From a virus (lineage: Duplodnaviria > Caudoviricetes): 37,256 nucleotides of DNA. Below the pieces are notes generated by a model. The model saw nothing but the letters and a program-made list of their open reading frames with translations. It was not told the DNA's origin and searched no databases. A program made the translations under genes and the position numbers. Of this stretch, positions 17,039 through 25,968 are shown in pieces; the first letter of the stretch is position 1; every line of letters starts with the position of its first letter. The stretch is taken from the IMG/VR virus record IMGVR_UViG_3300042934_001304, positions 1 to 37,256 of that record; one strand, written 5' to 3'.

Positions 17039-18187
17039 CTATTCAGTGGTTGGCCTTGTATCAAGTCTACGGATTGGTGTATCTCCACCATCTATTGGTG
17101 CCAAGCTCAATATGTCTCTGACTTCATTAGGTGTCATTATTCCTCTGTCAACATATTGAACTAAATTTAATTTTGTTTGCATACTCGCAAACGAAAGATT
17201 TGAACTTTCAAATATTATTTGATTTCCAAACCCCCTTTCTCTTCTTGAGAATAGTTTCCTTGTGAATTCTCCGCTTAACTGTACTATTACAGGCTCAATA
17301 GCTGACTCATAGTAAGAAATCCATTTGTTTTCATCGTATTTCCCCTGTACAATGTCATCGTTGGTATTAAAAAATGAATAGATCCTTTGAACAGTTCTAT
17401 CCATTTGAGCGGCGTTTGGTACATAGTCTTTTGGTTCTACTTGTATCGCATCCATCTTGGCATCTGTTGCAGCAGCGCCTACTGTTTCCGATGTTTCAGT
17501 ATTTAAAAAGCTGTCAACAAATTCCTTTGTTTGCTTTTTAATATCTTCAGGCCTTATAGTCTGATTGAATTTAAGTAACCACTTGACTATGTTTGAATTC
17601 TTAATTGCTTTGACTATACCCTGATCAGTTGTTGTTACTATTTCCATTAATGGCGTTAATGCCGGAGCTGGTGAGTCTCCAAATATCTCATTGTTATTAA
17701 AATCTTTTCTTAAATGAATTATGTCTGTGTATCGAAATGTAGCTGCTTTACCATTTTTAAGAATGAATTTCAGAAACAAATCGCCTTGATCGTTTTTTAA
17801 TGCTTCACTGTTTACGGCTGTTATAGGATAAATTTCTATAGGATATCCATATTCATCCCTGTTGATATAAGCAAATGCATTGTTATTAAGTTCTAATTGA
17901 ACTGCAAGCTTTTCCTGAAGCATTTGCCCTGTCATATAAGGATTAGGTTCTTCTAAAAGAAATCTTATATATGCTTCTGGATTTACCTTTATTCCGCTTG
18001 GGTCCTTTCTAATGTGCTTTGCTATGGTTTTGCCTATAGCTTGCACTTTTGGTCTAATAGCAGCTCTTACAATATCCGATTGATACAAACTGCCATTATA
18101 AGAATAATAGCCTCCACCGTTATCAGTTATTAGCTCATACTTTGTTACTGTTACCGCCTTATTTTTAAATCTATCAAATAAACCCAA
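17039..18187 (-). CDS. Portal protein (HK97 family)
   Basis: 'EPNPYMT', 'IIHLR', 'GIMTPNEVR..L.LAPIDGGD'; TTG start after AGGAGG. Confidence 0.92.
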   Translation of the reverse strand: MGLFDRFKNKAVTVTKYELITDNGGGYYSYNGSLYQSDIVRAAIRPKVQAIGKTIAKHIRKDPSGIKVNPEAYIRFLLEEPNPYMTGQMLQEKLAVQLELNNNAFAYINRDEYGYPIEIYPITAVNSEALKNDQGDLFLKFILKNGKAATFRYTDIIHLRKDFNNNEIFGDSPAPALTPLMEIVTTTDQGIVKAIKNSNIVKWLLKFNQTIRPEDIKKQTKEFVDSFLNTETSETVGAAATDAKMDAIQVEPKDYVPNAAQMDRTVQRIYSFFNTNDDIVQGKYDENKWISYYESAIEPVIVQLSGEFTRKLFSRRERGFGNQIIFESSNLSFASMQTKLNLVQYVDRGIMTPNEVRDILSLAPIDGGDTPIRRLDTRPTTE

Positions 18188-18202
18188 TATATTACCTCCT
18201 TT

Positions 18203-19885
18203 CTATATCAAATTCATGTAATTTTCACAATTTCTTTCTAAAGCTATATATGCATCAAGCAAGCTCGCCACACCGTCAATTCTTCTTCTTTGATTACTTG
18301 TCTTGATTAAAGAAATATTGTCATTTTTATCAACATCAATTGCAGCATTACTCAAATTCCATTTTAGAATTGGATTGTTGTTATAATTGATTCGTTTTGC
18401 TTCTAAATCGGCAGCAAAACTTTTCATAGGGCTTGACATTGTCTTTTTGCCTTGGATTACCGGCTCAGTTGTTTCCTTGCCAAAGTTTGATTGCAATTCA
18501 TCAATAATATACTGGCTGTTCCAGCTGTCATAACCCATTTTATAAATATAAATATCAAGCTCATTCTGAACTTCAAGGAACCATGCGACAACGTCTTTAT
18601 AATTGATTTTGTTGCCCTCGGATAGTCTTAATAATTCTTGATCATGCCATAAATCATAAGGTATCTTATCTTCGCGTACACGTTGTTCTAATAGGTCTGC
18701 CGGCAGCCAGTACATCTGTTTTACATATAGTGTTTCATCACCTGGTACCTTAAATATTACTGTTGCGCATGTAAGGTCTGTTGTATTTGACAAGTCTAAA
18801 CCGCCAATACAGTACCTTGGCTTTAAGTTCGACAACTCATACGTAGCTATATTATTAAGCTGTTCAAATGTTAGCCACGCCTCAGAAGATGTCTCTCTGA
18901 TATTAAACTCTTTACATATCAGATTTTTTACAAGTGCCGGATTCGCTTTTGCTTTTTCAACTTTTCTTCTTAAAGTTTCTAGGTTTTTTATTGTACCCAG
19001 TCCCGGGTTAGCTTTCTTCCAGCAATTTGGGTCTGTCCACTCTTTACGATTATCAAGTTCATAAATAAAAGAGATGGTTTCCTCATCGTGGTAACCATTT
19101 TCATCAAAATAACCATTTATAATTCTTTCTGAGTCTTCGTATTCGGCATCATATATGTCTTCTCTTATTGTTCCAGCTGTCGAAGTAATGTATATTAAAG
19201 GCTGCTCTCTTGCACTTACACCATCAGCTATAATGTCATATAAAGCCTTACCATTTTTCCACTGATGTATTTCATCCATTAAGCCACAATGAATATTAAG
19301 GCCATCCAAACTATCCGAATCACTTGCGAGTGGTTTAAATACTCCGTCATTAAAATCACTGAGAAGCTCTGCAACAAGTGTTCTTATACGCTTTAATAGT
19401 ATTGGTGACTTTCTTACCATTCGTTTGGCTTCTTGCCATATTATCTTGGCTTGGTCACGTTTAGTTGCTACTGCGTATACTTCGGGTCCAGGTTCTCCAT
19501 CGCCTACTTGCATATACAACCCAACTATAGAAGCAAGTAATGACTTTCCATTTTTCTTGCCGACAATTAGCTTTGATTTTCTATATTTTCTATTTCCGTT
19601 TATGTCAATGAAACCAAATACTGTTGCAAGATGAGCTTTTTCCCACAACTCCAATACAACCGGTTGACCGCCAAATTTACCTTTTGAGTGTTTGCAGTAA
19701 TTCTCTGCAAATTCTAATATATGATTGGCTCTTTGAGGTGAGTAAAAATATTCTCCAGGATTATTAATGTCATAAACAACCTTTTTGTAAGTCCTATAAA
19801 TTTTGTCAGGAACAACTTCTTTGCCGCTTTTAATATCTGCCCAGTATTCAAGTATAGGATTATAGTCTTTTGGGTATTTAACCAT
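18203..19885 (-). CDS. terL: Terminase large subunit
   Basis: GKKNGKS (Walker A), MDEIH (Walker B), GGLDLS and RIDGVASLLDA nuclease motifs. Confidence 0.95.
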   Translation of the reverse strand: MVKYPKDYNPILEYWADIKSGKEVVPDKIYRTYKKVVYDINNPGEYFYSPQRANHILEFAENYCKHSKGKFGGQPVVLELWEKAHLATVFGFIDINGNRKYRKSKLIVGKKNGKSLLASIVGLYMQVGDGEPGPEVYAVATKRDQAKIIWQEAKRMVRKSPILLKRIRTLVAELLSDFNDGVFKPLASDSDSLDGLNIHCGLMDEIHQWKNGKALYDIIADGVSAREQPLIYITSTAGTIREDIYDAEYEDSERIINGYFDENGYHDEETISFIYELDNRKEWTDPNCWKKANPGLGTIKNLETLRRKVEKAKANPALVKNLICKEFNIRETSSEAWLTFEQLNNIATYELSNLKPRYCIGGLDLSNTTDLTCATVIFKVPGDETLYVKQMYWLPADLLEQRVREDKIPYDLWHDQELLRLSEGNKINYKDVVAWFLEVQNELDIYIYKMGYDSWNSQYIIDELQSNFGKETTEPVIQGKKTMSSPMKSFAADLEAKRINYNNNPILKWNLSNAAIDVDKNDNISLIKTSNQRRRIDGVASLLDAYIALERNCENYMNLI

Positions 19886-20259
19886 TAGACATCTTCCCTT
19901 TCGTTTACGAAGTCGTCAAAGCCATCATTTTCTGTTTTGACTTCTTTTTTTGGTACTAAATCAGTAAGCTGTTTTATTATGCTCTGATAGTTTTTATTCA
20001 TGGAATTATAAAGTCTTGCAACCGGGCGCTCTCTTTCATACGGTTCTGTTTTGTCTGATTGAGTGAATAATTCAACATAGCCTCTCTGGTCTAAGTCCTT
20101 TTCATAATCCTCAAGAGTTATACGCATATATGCGGCTCTTTGAATTAGTCCGTCTATAATTGCTTTCTGATCTGCGCCTATATTTTTATAAATTCGCCTA
20201 AGTCTTTTTTCTTCTTTAGAACTTCTCTGTTCTTTTGTTAATTCCCTCTTAGTTGCCAC
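19885..20259 (-). CDS. terS: Terminase small subunit
   Basis: Upstream of terL; 'RERPVARLY..MNKNYQSIIKQLTD'; probable GTG start after GAGGTG. Confidence 0.75.
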   Translation of the reverse strand: MATKRELTKEQRSSKEEKRLRRIYKNIGADQKAIIDGLIQRAAYMRITLEDYEKDLDQRGYVELFTQSDKTEPYERERPVARLYNSMNKNYQSIIKQLTDLVPKKEVKTENDGFDDFVNEREDV

Positions 20260-20279
20260 ATATATCACCTCTTTTCGGG

Positions 20280-20370
20280 TAGGGGGGTCATGCGTGCGAC
20301 CTGCGTGTTCTTTGAAGGTTGCCCATCGGTCGATTCGTTTAAGAATATTAAAATTATTTATGGGGGGACT
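20280..20370. other. Probable cos (cohesive end) region
   Basis: GC-rich non-coding island between HNH and terS (minus strand ...CCCCCC...GACCGATGGGCAACC...), the usual cos position in HNH-assisted cos phages. Confidence 0.55.
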
Positions 20371-20674
20371 GTATTAATTCCCCATTACTATTAAACATTA
20401 ATCCTTCTCTTACAATTTCTTTATCTGTTCCAAATGTCTTTGTGTTATGACATTTTAAACATAAGTATTGAAGATTCTTATGGTTTAAAGATACGTCCGC
20501 ATTGTTTATGTTCTCATATGTTATCTCTTCCTTGTGATCCACTATATAACCTAACTTATCTTTGCAGTGTTCACACATACCTCCATCAATAGCTATCCTA
20601 TCAGCTATGAATGATTTTCTACATAGTTTCCATGCCTTGCTATCATAGAACTTCTTAGCAAACTCTCTTGCCAT
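20354..20674 (-). CDS. HNH endonuclease (terminase-associated)
   Basis: 'FYDSKAWK', CEHC, VDH, 'NLQYLCLKCHN'. Confidence 0.88.
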   Translation of the reverse strand: MAREFAKKFYDSKAWKLCRKSFIADRIAIDGGMCEHCKDKLGYIVDHKEEITYENINNADVSLNHKNLQYLCLKCHNTKTFGTDKEIVREGLMFNSNGELIQSPHK

Positions 20675-20678
20675 ACAT

Positions 20679-20888
20679 TCATACACTTAATATTTTATTA
20701 ACACCACAGTCTACTGCAATGCATTTCTTACCGACCTTATCGGTCATATACTTTTCGTATCGTTCTATCTCTTCTTGTCTTAGCATTCTATTTAGCATAA
20801 AGAATACTACATCGCAGTCTTTATTAAGCGTTTCTATTTCCTTTAATTCAATCTCTTTTCCATCGTTATCTTTTAAAAATACTTTCAA
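20679..20888 (-). CDS. Hypothetical protein
   Basis: 69 aa; AAGGAGG RBS with TTG start. Confidence 0.6.
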   Translation of the reverse strand: MKVFLKDNDGKEIELKEIETLNKDCDVVFFMLNRMLRQEEIERYEKYMTDKVGKKCIAVDCGVNKILSV

Positions 20889-20915
20889 AATATTGCCTCC
20901 TTTATTTATTAATGT

Positions 20916-21107
20916 TTATATCTGCTTTATCTTTCCTTTAACTCTCTTATACTTCCTGTGCTTCATGCACTCCTTTATACCGTTAAACTGCTCATGCTCA
21001 AACTCTTCTATCTCACACGTCTTAAATCTATCGCAAGCAGGATTACCTACTTTGCATAGACATATGAGATAGTCTTTATTCCATCTTGTATAACAATTGT
21101 ATTTAAT
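20916..21107 (-). CDS. Cys-rich hypothetical protein, probable ATT start
   Basis: GGAGGTG-N6-ATT. The upstream part of the 107-aa track ORF overlaps another plausible gene. Confidence 0.5.
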   Translation of the reverse strand: MKYNCYTRWNKDYLICLCKVGNPACDRFKTCEIEEFEHEQFNGIKECMKHRKYKRVKGKIKQI

Positions 21108-21126
21108 CCTACTCACCTCCAATTTT

Positions 21127-21303
21127 TTAATCTCTCTTTTTAGGAACTTTCGGCTGATTATATTTAATTGTTCCACCTCTTCCGCCAGGACGTTTTGGAA
21201 CTCTGTATTCAGCACAACCATGATTTCTGTGCGACGCAATATCTATAATACAACTTATAAAAAGCAACAATATAATTGTAATAATCATTTCTAAATCTTC
21301 CAT
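21127..21303 (-). CDS. 58-aa single-TM protein (not in ORF track)
   Basis: MEDLEMIITIILLLFISCIIDIASHRNHGCAEYRVPKRPGG...KKRD; GGTGA RBS. Confidence 0.5.
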   Translation of the reverse strand: MEDLEMIITIILLLFISCIIDIASHRNHGCAEYRVPKRPGGRGGTIKYNQPKVPKKRD

Positions 21304-21415
21304 TTAATCACCAACTTTTAATTCTTTTTGAATTTCTAATATTTCTGTTTCTGTATAAAAAGCATTGTTAAAATTACATTTACTAATTTTAACAATGCTT
21401 TATAAACCAATAATT

Positions 21416-21637
21416 TCATTTCATCATCTGCCTTTTAATCCATAGAAATATAAGTTTTAGATTTATTGCAAATATCTTATACTTTGGAACACCGTATATA
21501 TAACCAATACGTGCTATTCCTTTCACTGAATTATACTCATAAGACATTCCACTTCCATTACTAAAGCTTTTTATAAAATCCTCATCAGGATGTTTTTTAG
21601 CGTAATGTTTACAATATTTTGTTGATATCCTACTCAC
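21416..21637 (-). CDS. Hypothetical protein
   Basis: 73-aa ORF directly downstream of the tRNA. Confidence 0.5.
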   Translation of the reverse strand: MSRISTKYCKHYAKKHPDEDFIKSFSNGSGMSYEYNSVKGIARIGYIYGVPKYKIFAINLKLIFLWIKRQMMK

Positions 21638-21648
21638 CTTCTTTCTTT

Positions 21649-21736
21649 TGGCGGAGAATACAGGATTTGAACCTGTGGGACTTTTACATCCAATGGTTTA
21701 GCAAACCATCACCTTAAGCCGCTCGGACAATTCTCC
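21649..21736 (-). tRNA. tRNA-Ser (anticodon GCT)
   Basis: GGAGAAT acceptor stem paired with ATTCTCC-G-CCA; anticodon arm ATGGT-TTGCTAA-ACCAT; long variable arm; T arm ACAGG-TTCAAAT-CCTGT. Confidence 0.92.
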
Positions 21737-21812
21737 ATAATTGCCTGTGAGCTCAACTCTCATTCAAGGATACAGGCAAATCCTGCTCAGTTTAGTAGCT
21801 CTGGCAAGCTTA

Positions 21813-21843
21813 ATAAAAAAGCACCCTTTCTCGGATGCCTTTC
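21813..21843 (-). terminator. Terminator-like hairpin in the late leader
   Basis: GGCATCC-GAGAAA-GGGTGCT-TTTTT. Confidence 0.65.
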
Positions 21844-21890
21844 TCAGGAGGTATATTTGAACGAACTGTCTATTCTTTGGGCTTTGCCCA

Positions 21891-21941
21891 ATTATAATTA
21901 TAAATCAGAAAACGCTTAAAATAGTGTCATGTTTGTGTCAA
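21891..21941 (-). promoter_or_regulatory. Late promoter with activator-binding direct repeat
   Basis: TGACAC-AAACA-TGACAC (11-bp period) upstream of tandem TATAAT, downstream of the RinA/ArpU gene. Confidence 0.65.
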
Positions 21942-21965
21942 TTATTTTATAATTAATAACTGCCT

Positions 21966-22097
21966 TTATTTTATTATTCTTTCTAAAAACATTTCTATAT
22001 TGTCTAATGTTTTAATAAATAGCTTTCCCAACCATGTTTCTAATAAAGCATTTATAAATTCTTCTTTTGCTTTTTCAAATATTTCTTCGTCTGTCAT
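21966..22097 (-). CDS. 43-aa hypothetical protein (not in ORF track)
   Basis: MTDEEIFEKAKEEFINALLETWLGKLF...; AAGGAGGTG RBS. Confidence 0.55.
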   Translation of the reverse strand: MTDEEIFEKAKEEFINALLETWLGKLFIKTLDNIEMFLERIIK

Positions 22098-22131
22098 TAA
22101 ATACACCTCCTTCTTAAAACAACTGTTTTTA

Positions 22132-22539
22132 TTATACCCTCCATCCTAAATAACTGCCAACTAATTTTATAATATCTCTTCTCCATCTGTAAAATGTTTC
22201 CCTGCTTATATTAAGCTCTTGCTGAATTCCTATGTCTGAAAACTTACGTTCAAAATATTTCATTTGCAATAATCTTAGCTTGTACTCATTCTGCTGAAGT
22301 ATAAACAATGCTTTTTCTATTGCGTTAATACGTCTGCGTACCTCTAGTATTTCCTTGCTGCTTATTAACTTAATAGCCTTGTTTGCTGTTGTGTCTCCTA
22401 TTCCTGACTGTACGGATACTTCTTGAAAAGGACTACTTTCAAGTATTTCTTCTTCCATAAGTTCAAGGTCTTTCTTAGTATCAAAATATCCGTACAGTTC
22501 AGCTTCTATTGCTTTAAAGTTTGCTTGCTCTATATTCAT
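22132..22539 (-). CDS. RinA/ArpU-family late transcriptional activator
   Basis: 'FKAIEAELY.Y','GDTTANKAI', C-terminal HTH 'LNISRETFYRWRRDII'. Confidence 0.85.
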   Translation of the reverse strand: MNIEQANFKAIEAELYGYFDTKKDLELMEEEILESSPFQEVSVQSGIGDTTANKAIKLISSKEILEVRRRINAIEKALFILQQNEYKLRLLQMKYFERKFSDIGIQQELNISRETFYRWRRDIIKLVGSYLGWRV

Positions 22540-22774
22540 TTTGCCTCCAATTTTTGACCGCAATCAGGACAATAATTTATTTTGCCATTTACAAAATGTT
22601 TCTTGCAACCCGGACAAATAAAGCCAAAATCTTTGATTATTTGCTTTGGCCTTGCTTTTCAAGTGCTTCAATGACTAACTTCCATCTGTTGCGTTCATTT
22701 GTTGATACTTCATTTTCTTTATATTCTTCAAGATAACCTTTATATTTTTCAATTGCTTTTTCAGTCTCATTCAT
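22536..22774 (-). pseudogene. Zinc-ribbon phage protein broken by a 1-nt frameshift near 22651
   Basis: MNETEK...ALEKQ in one frame continues as RPKQIIKDFGFICPGC...NYCPDCGQKL in the -1 frame. Confidence 0.6.
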
Positions 22775-23096
22775 CTGCATTCACCCTTTCAAACTCTATG
22801 TATTCATAATCTTTAAAAAATTTCTCATTGTCACTCCCTGATGTGTGGAAAAGCCAACAAGGACAACTTATTTTGTGCTTTTTGTATTCTAGCCACCAAC
22901 CTACGCAAGGCTCATTATCTTCATTTATCCCTGCTCTATGTCTTGCATACCCATTTCCAATAGCTAAATATTTATGATTACGATGTTTTAATTCTTGCTT
23001 TGCAATCTCTATAGCTTGTTCTTTGCTATATTTCTCTTTAGATACAGCTAAATCATCATATCCACCATAGAAAATAGCATAATCAAATTTGCTCAT
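22767..23096 (-). CDS. Hypothetical phage protein
   Basis: 109 aa; strong GGAGGGG RBS. Confidence 0.65.
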   Translation of the reverse strand: MSKFDYAIFYGGYDDLAVSKEKYSKEQAIEIAKQELKHRNHKYLAIGNGYARHRAGINEDNEPCVGWWLEYKKHKISCPCWLFHTSGSDNEKFFKDYEYIEFERVNADE

Positions 23097-23191
23097 TTTC
23101 TCCCCTCCTCAACTATAACAATCAATCCCATTAATCCAGCGCCTATAAACAAACCTAATATAAACGTACAAGTCATTCCTATTACATTCAT
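23093..23191 (-). CDS. 32-aa membrane peptide (not in ORF track)
   Basis: MNVIGMTCTFILGLFIGAGLMGLIVIVEEGRK; ATGA overlaps at both ends. Confidence 0.55.
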   Translation of the reverse strand: MNVIGMTCTFILGLFIGAGLMGLIVIVEEGRK

Positions 23192-23535
23192 TCAACAACC
23201 TCCATATCAAAGTACCTTTTATTTTTCTGCTTACAAAATTCCTTGTACTCTTCTGTATCAAATATTCCCTGGTTAATACACTCTTGGATATTATCAACTA
23301 GCTTTTGCATAAATGGTTCTTGCTTTTTATCTGCAAACTTATACGTTTCATACAGTGTTGTACTGATAACAGGCAGTATAGTTTCGATTACCTCCTGCAT
23401 TTTTATTTTCTTGATTTCTTCTTTCAGAGTAGCATTATACTTCTCAACTTCTGCATCCAGTAAAGGCTTAAATTTCCTATTCACAGCCTCATTAAACTCT
23501 TTTTTGTTGTTGAAATGATAAGGATTCTTTTTCAT
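23188..23535 (-). CDS. Hypothetical phage protein
   Basis: GGGAGG RBS before MKKNPY. Confidence 0.65.
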   Translation of the reverse strand: MKKNPYHFNNKKEFNEAVNRKFKPLLDAEVEKYNATLKEEIKKIKMQEVIETILPVISTTLYETYKFADKKQEPFMQKLVDNIQECINQGIFDTEEYKEFCKQKNKRYFDMEVVE

Positions 23536-23933
23536 TCTGTGTCCTCCCATATTTCAACTTCAACCCTTGCAACTTCACCGTACCATTTTTCAATTCTGCA
23601 TTCGACAATGTCTTTATCATCCTTGTATGCTAGTCCATTTAATGCATCGAGAATTATTTTCATTATGTTGTCAAGGTCAGGCTTCTTTGTAGGCCTTATA
23701 ATTCCATTCAGAGCATTTTCTTTTTTCTTCTTGCTATAACTGTTCGGTATATCAAAATAGCATTTAATTTCGGCTTTTAATTGCCCCTCAATTGATTTCT
23801 GCTTTGCTTCTTGAAAACATATCTTAACCCAGTTTTCATAGTTCACTGTTGTTTCTGCTGTATATGTTCCATACTTTGTTACTCTTGGTCTAGCTTTCCC
23901 TTTGGGCTCTCCTGGTATAGTAAATTTAATCAA
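23532..23933 (-). CDS. rusA: RusA Holliday junction resolvase
   Basis: 'GEPKGKARPR', 'KKPDLDNIMK..LDALNG.AYKDD'. Confidence 0.92.
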   Translation of the reverse strand: MIKFTIPGEPKGKARPRVTKYGTYTAETTVNYENWVKICFQEAKQKSIEGQLKAEIKCYFDIPNSYSKKKKENALNGIIRPTKKPDLDNIMKIILDALNGLAYKDDKDIVECRIEKWYGEVARVEVEIWEDTE

Positions 23934-25367
23934 TTAATCATCTCCTAACCGTTTAGCTATCTCATAAATTACATTGACTGTTACACTATTTCCAGCTTGC
24001 TTGTACAACTGTGAATCTGAATTAACCGCCCTTGCTCTTTCAAAATATTCATCAGAGAAACCTTGAAGTCTGAAACATTCTTTAGGAGTTAATTTTCTTA
24101 TTCTGTAGCCGTCTAATGTCGCTTGATTGCAAGATGTTGTCAATGTCTGTGCAACTCCTTTACCAACTCTGCCTCGTCTTGTTTTGCTGTTTGGATGCTC
24201 AAGATTTATGCTGTCTCCCTCTGTTGCTATTGCATATCCTTGCTTAGTCGCCTCTTTAACTATTATTCTACTGTTATAATGTGGACAATGCTTTGTAGTT
24301 AAAGTGTTTATAGTGCTTTGGTCTTTCTTGATACAACCATTCATATCATCCCAAACCATCACTCCATGTCTATCCTGTGCCGTCAGCGTAAACATTGGTT
24401 CGCCATCTTCTTTAAATCGTCTGCCATTTTGCCTTTTTTCTAATTTGTCAGGAGTTAATACAGGAATTGCTGTTTCTGCAAACATAGGCACATATCCGCC
24501 ACCTGTTCCCATTGATGAAGTTAAACATGGTACGATTCCATCTGTTTTTATGCTTTGATGTTCTTGCATACCGCCCCATATAGGAGATTCAATAACCATA
24601 GTACCATCAGATTTTAAATTACTTATGTCTGCATCATATCTTGCTTTAATGTAATTTGCCGTATCTTTAATTTTAGGATCGTTTATTGTTCCATCAACCG
24701 CAACTCTGTCAGTATTAATTTTATCTGATAATTGCTTAATTAATTTATTTGCTTTTTCATTATCAATATAATATTTCTCGTCAACTTCATCTTCTAAAAA
24801 ATCAAGTAACTTTGTATGTATCGGTTCGTGTTCTCCGAAATCATATATCGAATGACCTTTTAATGTTGCTATTATAAAAACTCTTTCTCTGTTCTGTGCT
24901 ACTCCATAATCTTTAGAATTTAAAACTTTCCATGTTGCATTGTAGCCGATTTCATCCAATTCAATGAGAAGTCTTGCGAAATCCCACCCTCCGTTAATAC
25001 TAAGTAAGTTTTTAACGTTCTCAATAAATAAGATTGAGGGTTTATTTTCTTCTTCGATGTTTCTAATAAGTCCTGTAACTGTGAAAAACAAACTTGAACG
25101 ATGTCCTCTGAATCCTGTTTGTTTTCCTGCGATACTGATATCTTGACATGGGAATCCGAAACACCATATATCTGCTCTAGGAAGTTCGGTTGCTCGTACT
25201 TCTCTAATATCTTTTCCATAAAACTCTTCCTCCTTTGGTTGATGCATAGCTTGATAGCTTGCATTTGCGTACTTATCCCACTCTACATGACCGATGCATT
25301 CGTGTCCTGCCATTTCCAAGCCTAGGCGGAACCCACCTATGCCACTAAATAAATCTAAGAACTTCAT
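23934..25367 (-). CDS. DNA (cytosine-5) methyltransferase with long variable region
   Basis: FSGIGG (motif I), GFPCQ (IV), ENV (VI), QNRERVF (VIII), RKLTPKECFRLQGF (IX), KQAGNSV (X). Confidence 0.93.
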   Translation of the reverse strand: MKFLDLFSGIGGFRLGLEMAGHECIGHVEWDKYANASYQAMHQPKEEEFYGKDIREVRATELPRADIWCFGFPCQDISIAGKQTGFRGHRSSLFFTVTGLIRNIEEENKPSILFIENVKNLLSINGGWDFARLLIELDEIGYNATWKVLNSKDYGVAQNRERVFIIATLKGHSIYDFGEHEPIHTKLLDFLEDEVDEKYYIDNEKANKLIKQLSDKINTDRVAVDGTINDPKIKDTANYIKARYDADISNLKSDGTMVIESPIWGGMQEHQSIKTDGIVPCLTSSMGTGGGYVPMFAETAIPVLTPDKLEKRQNGRRFKEDGEPMFTLTAQDRHGVMVWDDMNGCIKKDQSTINTLTTKHCPHYNSRIIVKEATKQGYAIATEGDSINLEHPNSKTRRGRVGKGVAQTLTTSCNQATLDGYRIRKLTPKECFRLQGFSDEYFERARAVNSDSQLYKQAGNSVTVNVIYEIAKRLGDD

Positions 25368-25401
25368 TTGTCCTCCTTAGGGAGCCGAAGCTCCCTTATG
25401 T

Positions 25402-25521
25402 TTAACATATCCATCCCTCTAATTCAAAGCTTGTGCCATCTGAAAAATTAACTTTTAAAGTAAACATTCCTATTAGGATGATATAAAGAAATAACATCAT
25501 AATTTCAATAATTGGTTTCAT
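25402..25521 (-). CDS. 39-aa hydrophobic peptide (not in ORF track)
   Basis: MKPIIEIMMLFLYIILIGMFTLKVNFSDGTSFELEGWIC; GAGGG RBS. Confidence 0.4.
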   Translation of the reverse strand: MKPIIEIMMLFLYIILIGMFTLKVNFSDGTSFELEGWIC

Positions 25522-25536
25522 ATATGCCCTCTTTCG

Positions 25537-25968
25537 CTAAAATGGAATATCTTCATCATCTGCTACTTGAAAGAAATCTTCTCCCCCGAAGAACTCTTCT
25601 GCATCTACCGGTTTACCGCTTGTCTGCTTTGCTTGCCCCACAAACTCAATTCTGTCTGCTATTACATCAGTTGTGTATCTCTTTTCACCTGATTGAGTTG
25701 TGTAACTTCCTGTATTTATTCTGCCGTGTACAGCACATTGACTACCTTTGTTGAGATAATTTGCACAGTTTTCTGCTTGCTTGCCAAACACTGTAATACT
25801 TATAAAGTCTGCAGTTTGCTTGCCTTGTGCAGCTGCTTCTTGCTTCTTGTCTTTACTCATTTCTCTGTCTACTGCCAAGTTGAATTTTGCTACAGCCATA
25901 CCTGTTGAAGGTATGAATTTTAATTCTGGATCTCTGACTAATCTTCCGGTTAATACAGTACTATTCAT
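25537..25968 (-). CDS. ssb: Single-stranded DNA-binding protein
   Basis: 'LTGRLVRDPEL', acidic tail DDEDIPF. Confidence 0.95.
   Translation of the reverse strand: MNSTVLTGRLVRDPELKFIPSTGMAVAKFNLAVDREMSKDKKQEAAAQGKQTADFISITVFGKQAENCANYLNKGSQCAVHGRINTGSYTTQSGEKRYTTDVIADRIEFVGQAKQTSGKPVDAEEFFGGEDFFQVADDEDIPF

Noticed and set aside
21649-21736. tRNA as the integration site
   Set aside because: It lies mid-prophage between the late activator and packaging genes, with no duplicated 3' fragment at either end of the window.
709-21874. GAACTGTCTATT shared between 709-720 and 21863-21874
   Set aside because: A single 12-mer match in AT-rich DNA; the first copy is explained as a terminator arm.
23934-25367. 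Restriction-modification system
   Set aside because: No cognate endonuclease is adjacent; RusA, HNH and the PD-(D/E)XK protein have standard phage roles.
25378-25397. GGGAGC-TTCG-GCTCCC hairpin before the methyltransferase RBS (and the similar hairpin at 15089-15106) as riboswitches
   Set aside because: Simple tetraloop hairpins with no aptamer-sized structure; ordinary mRNA stability elements.
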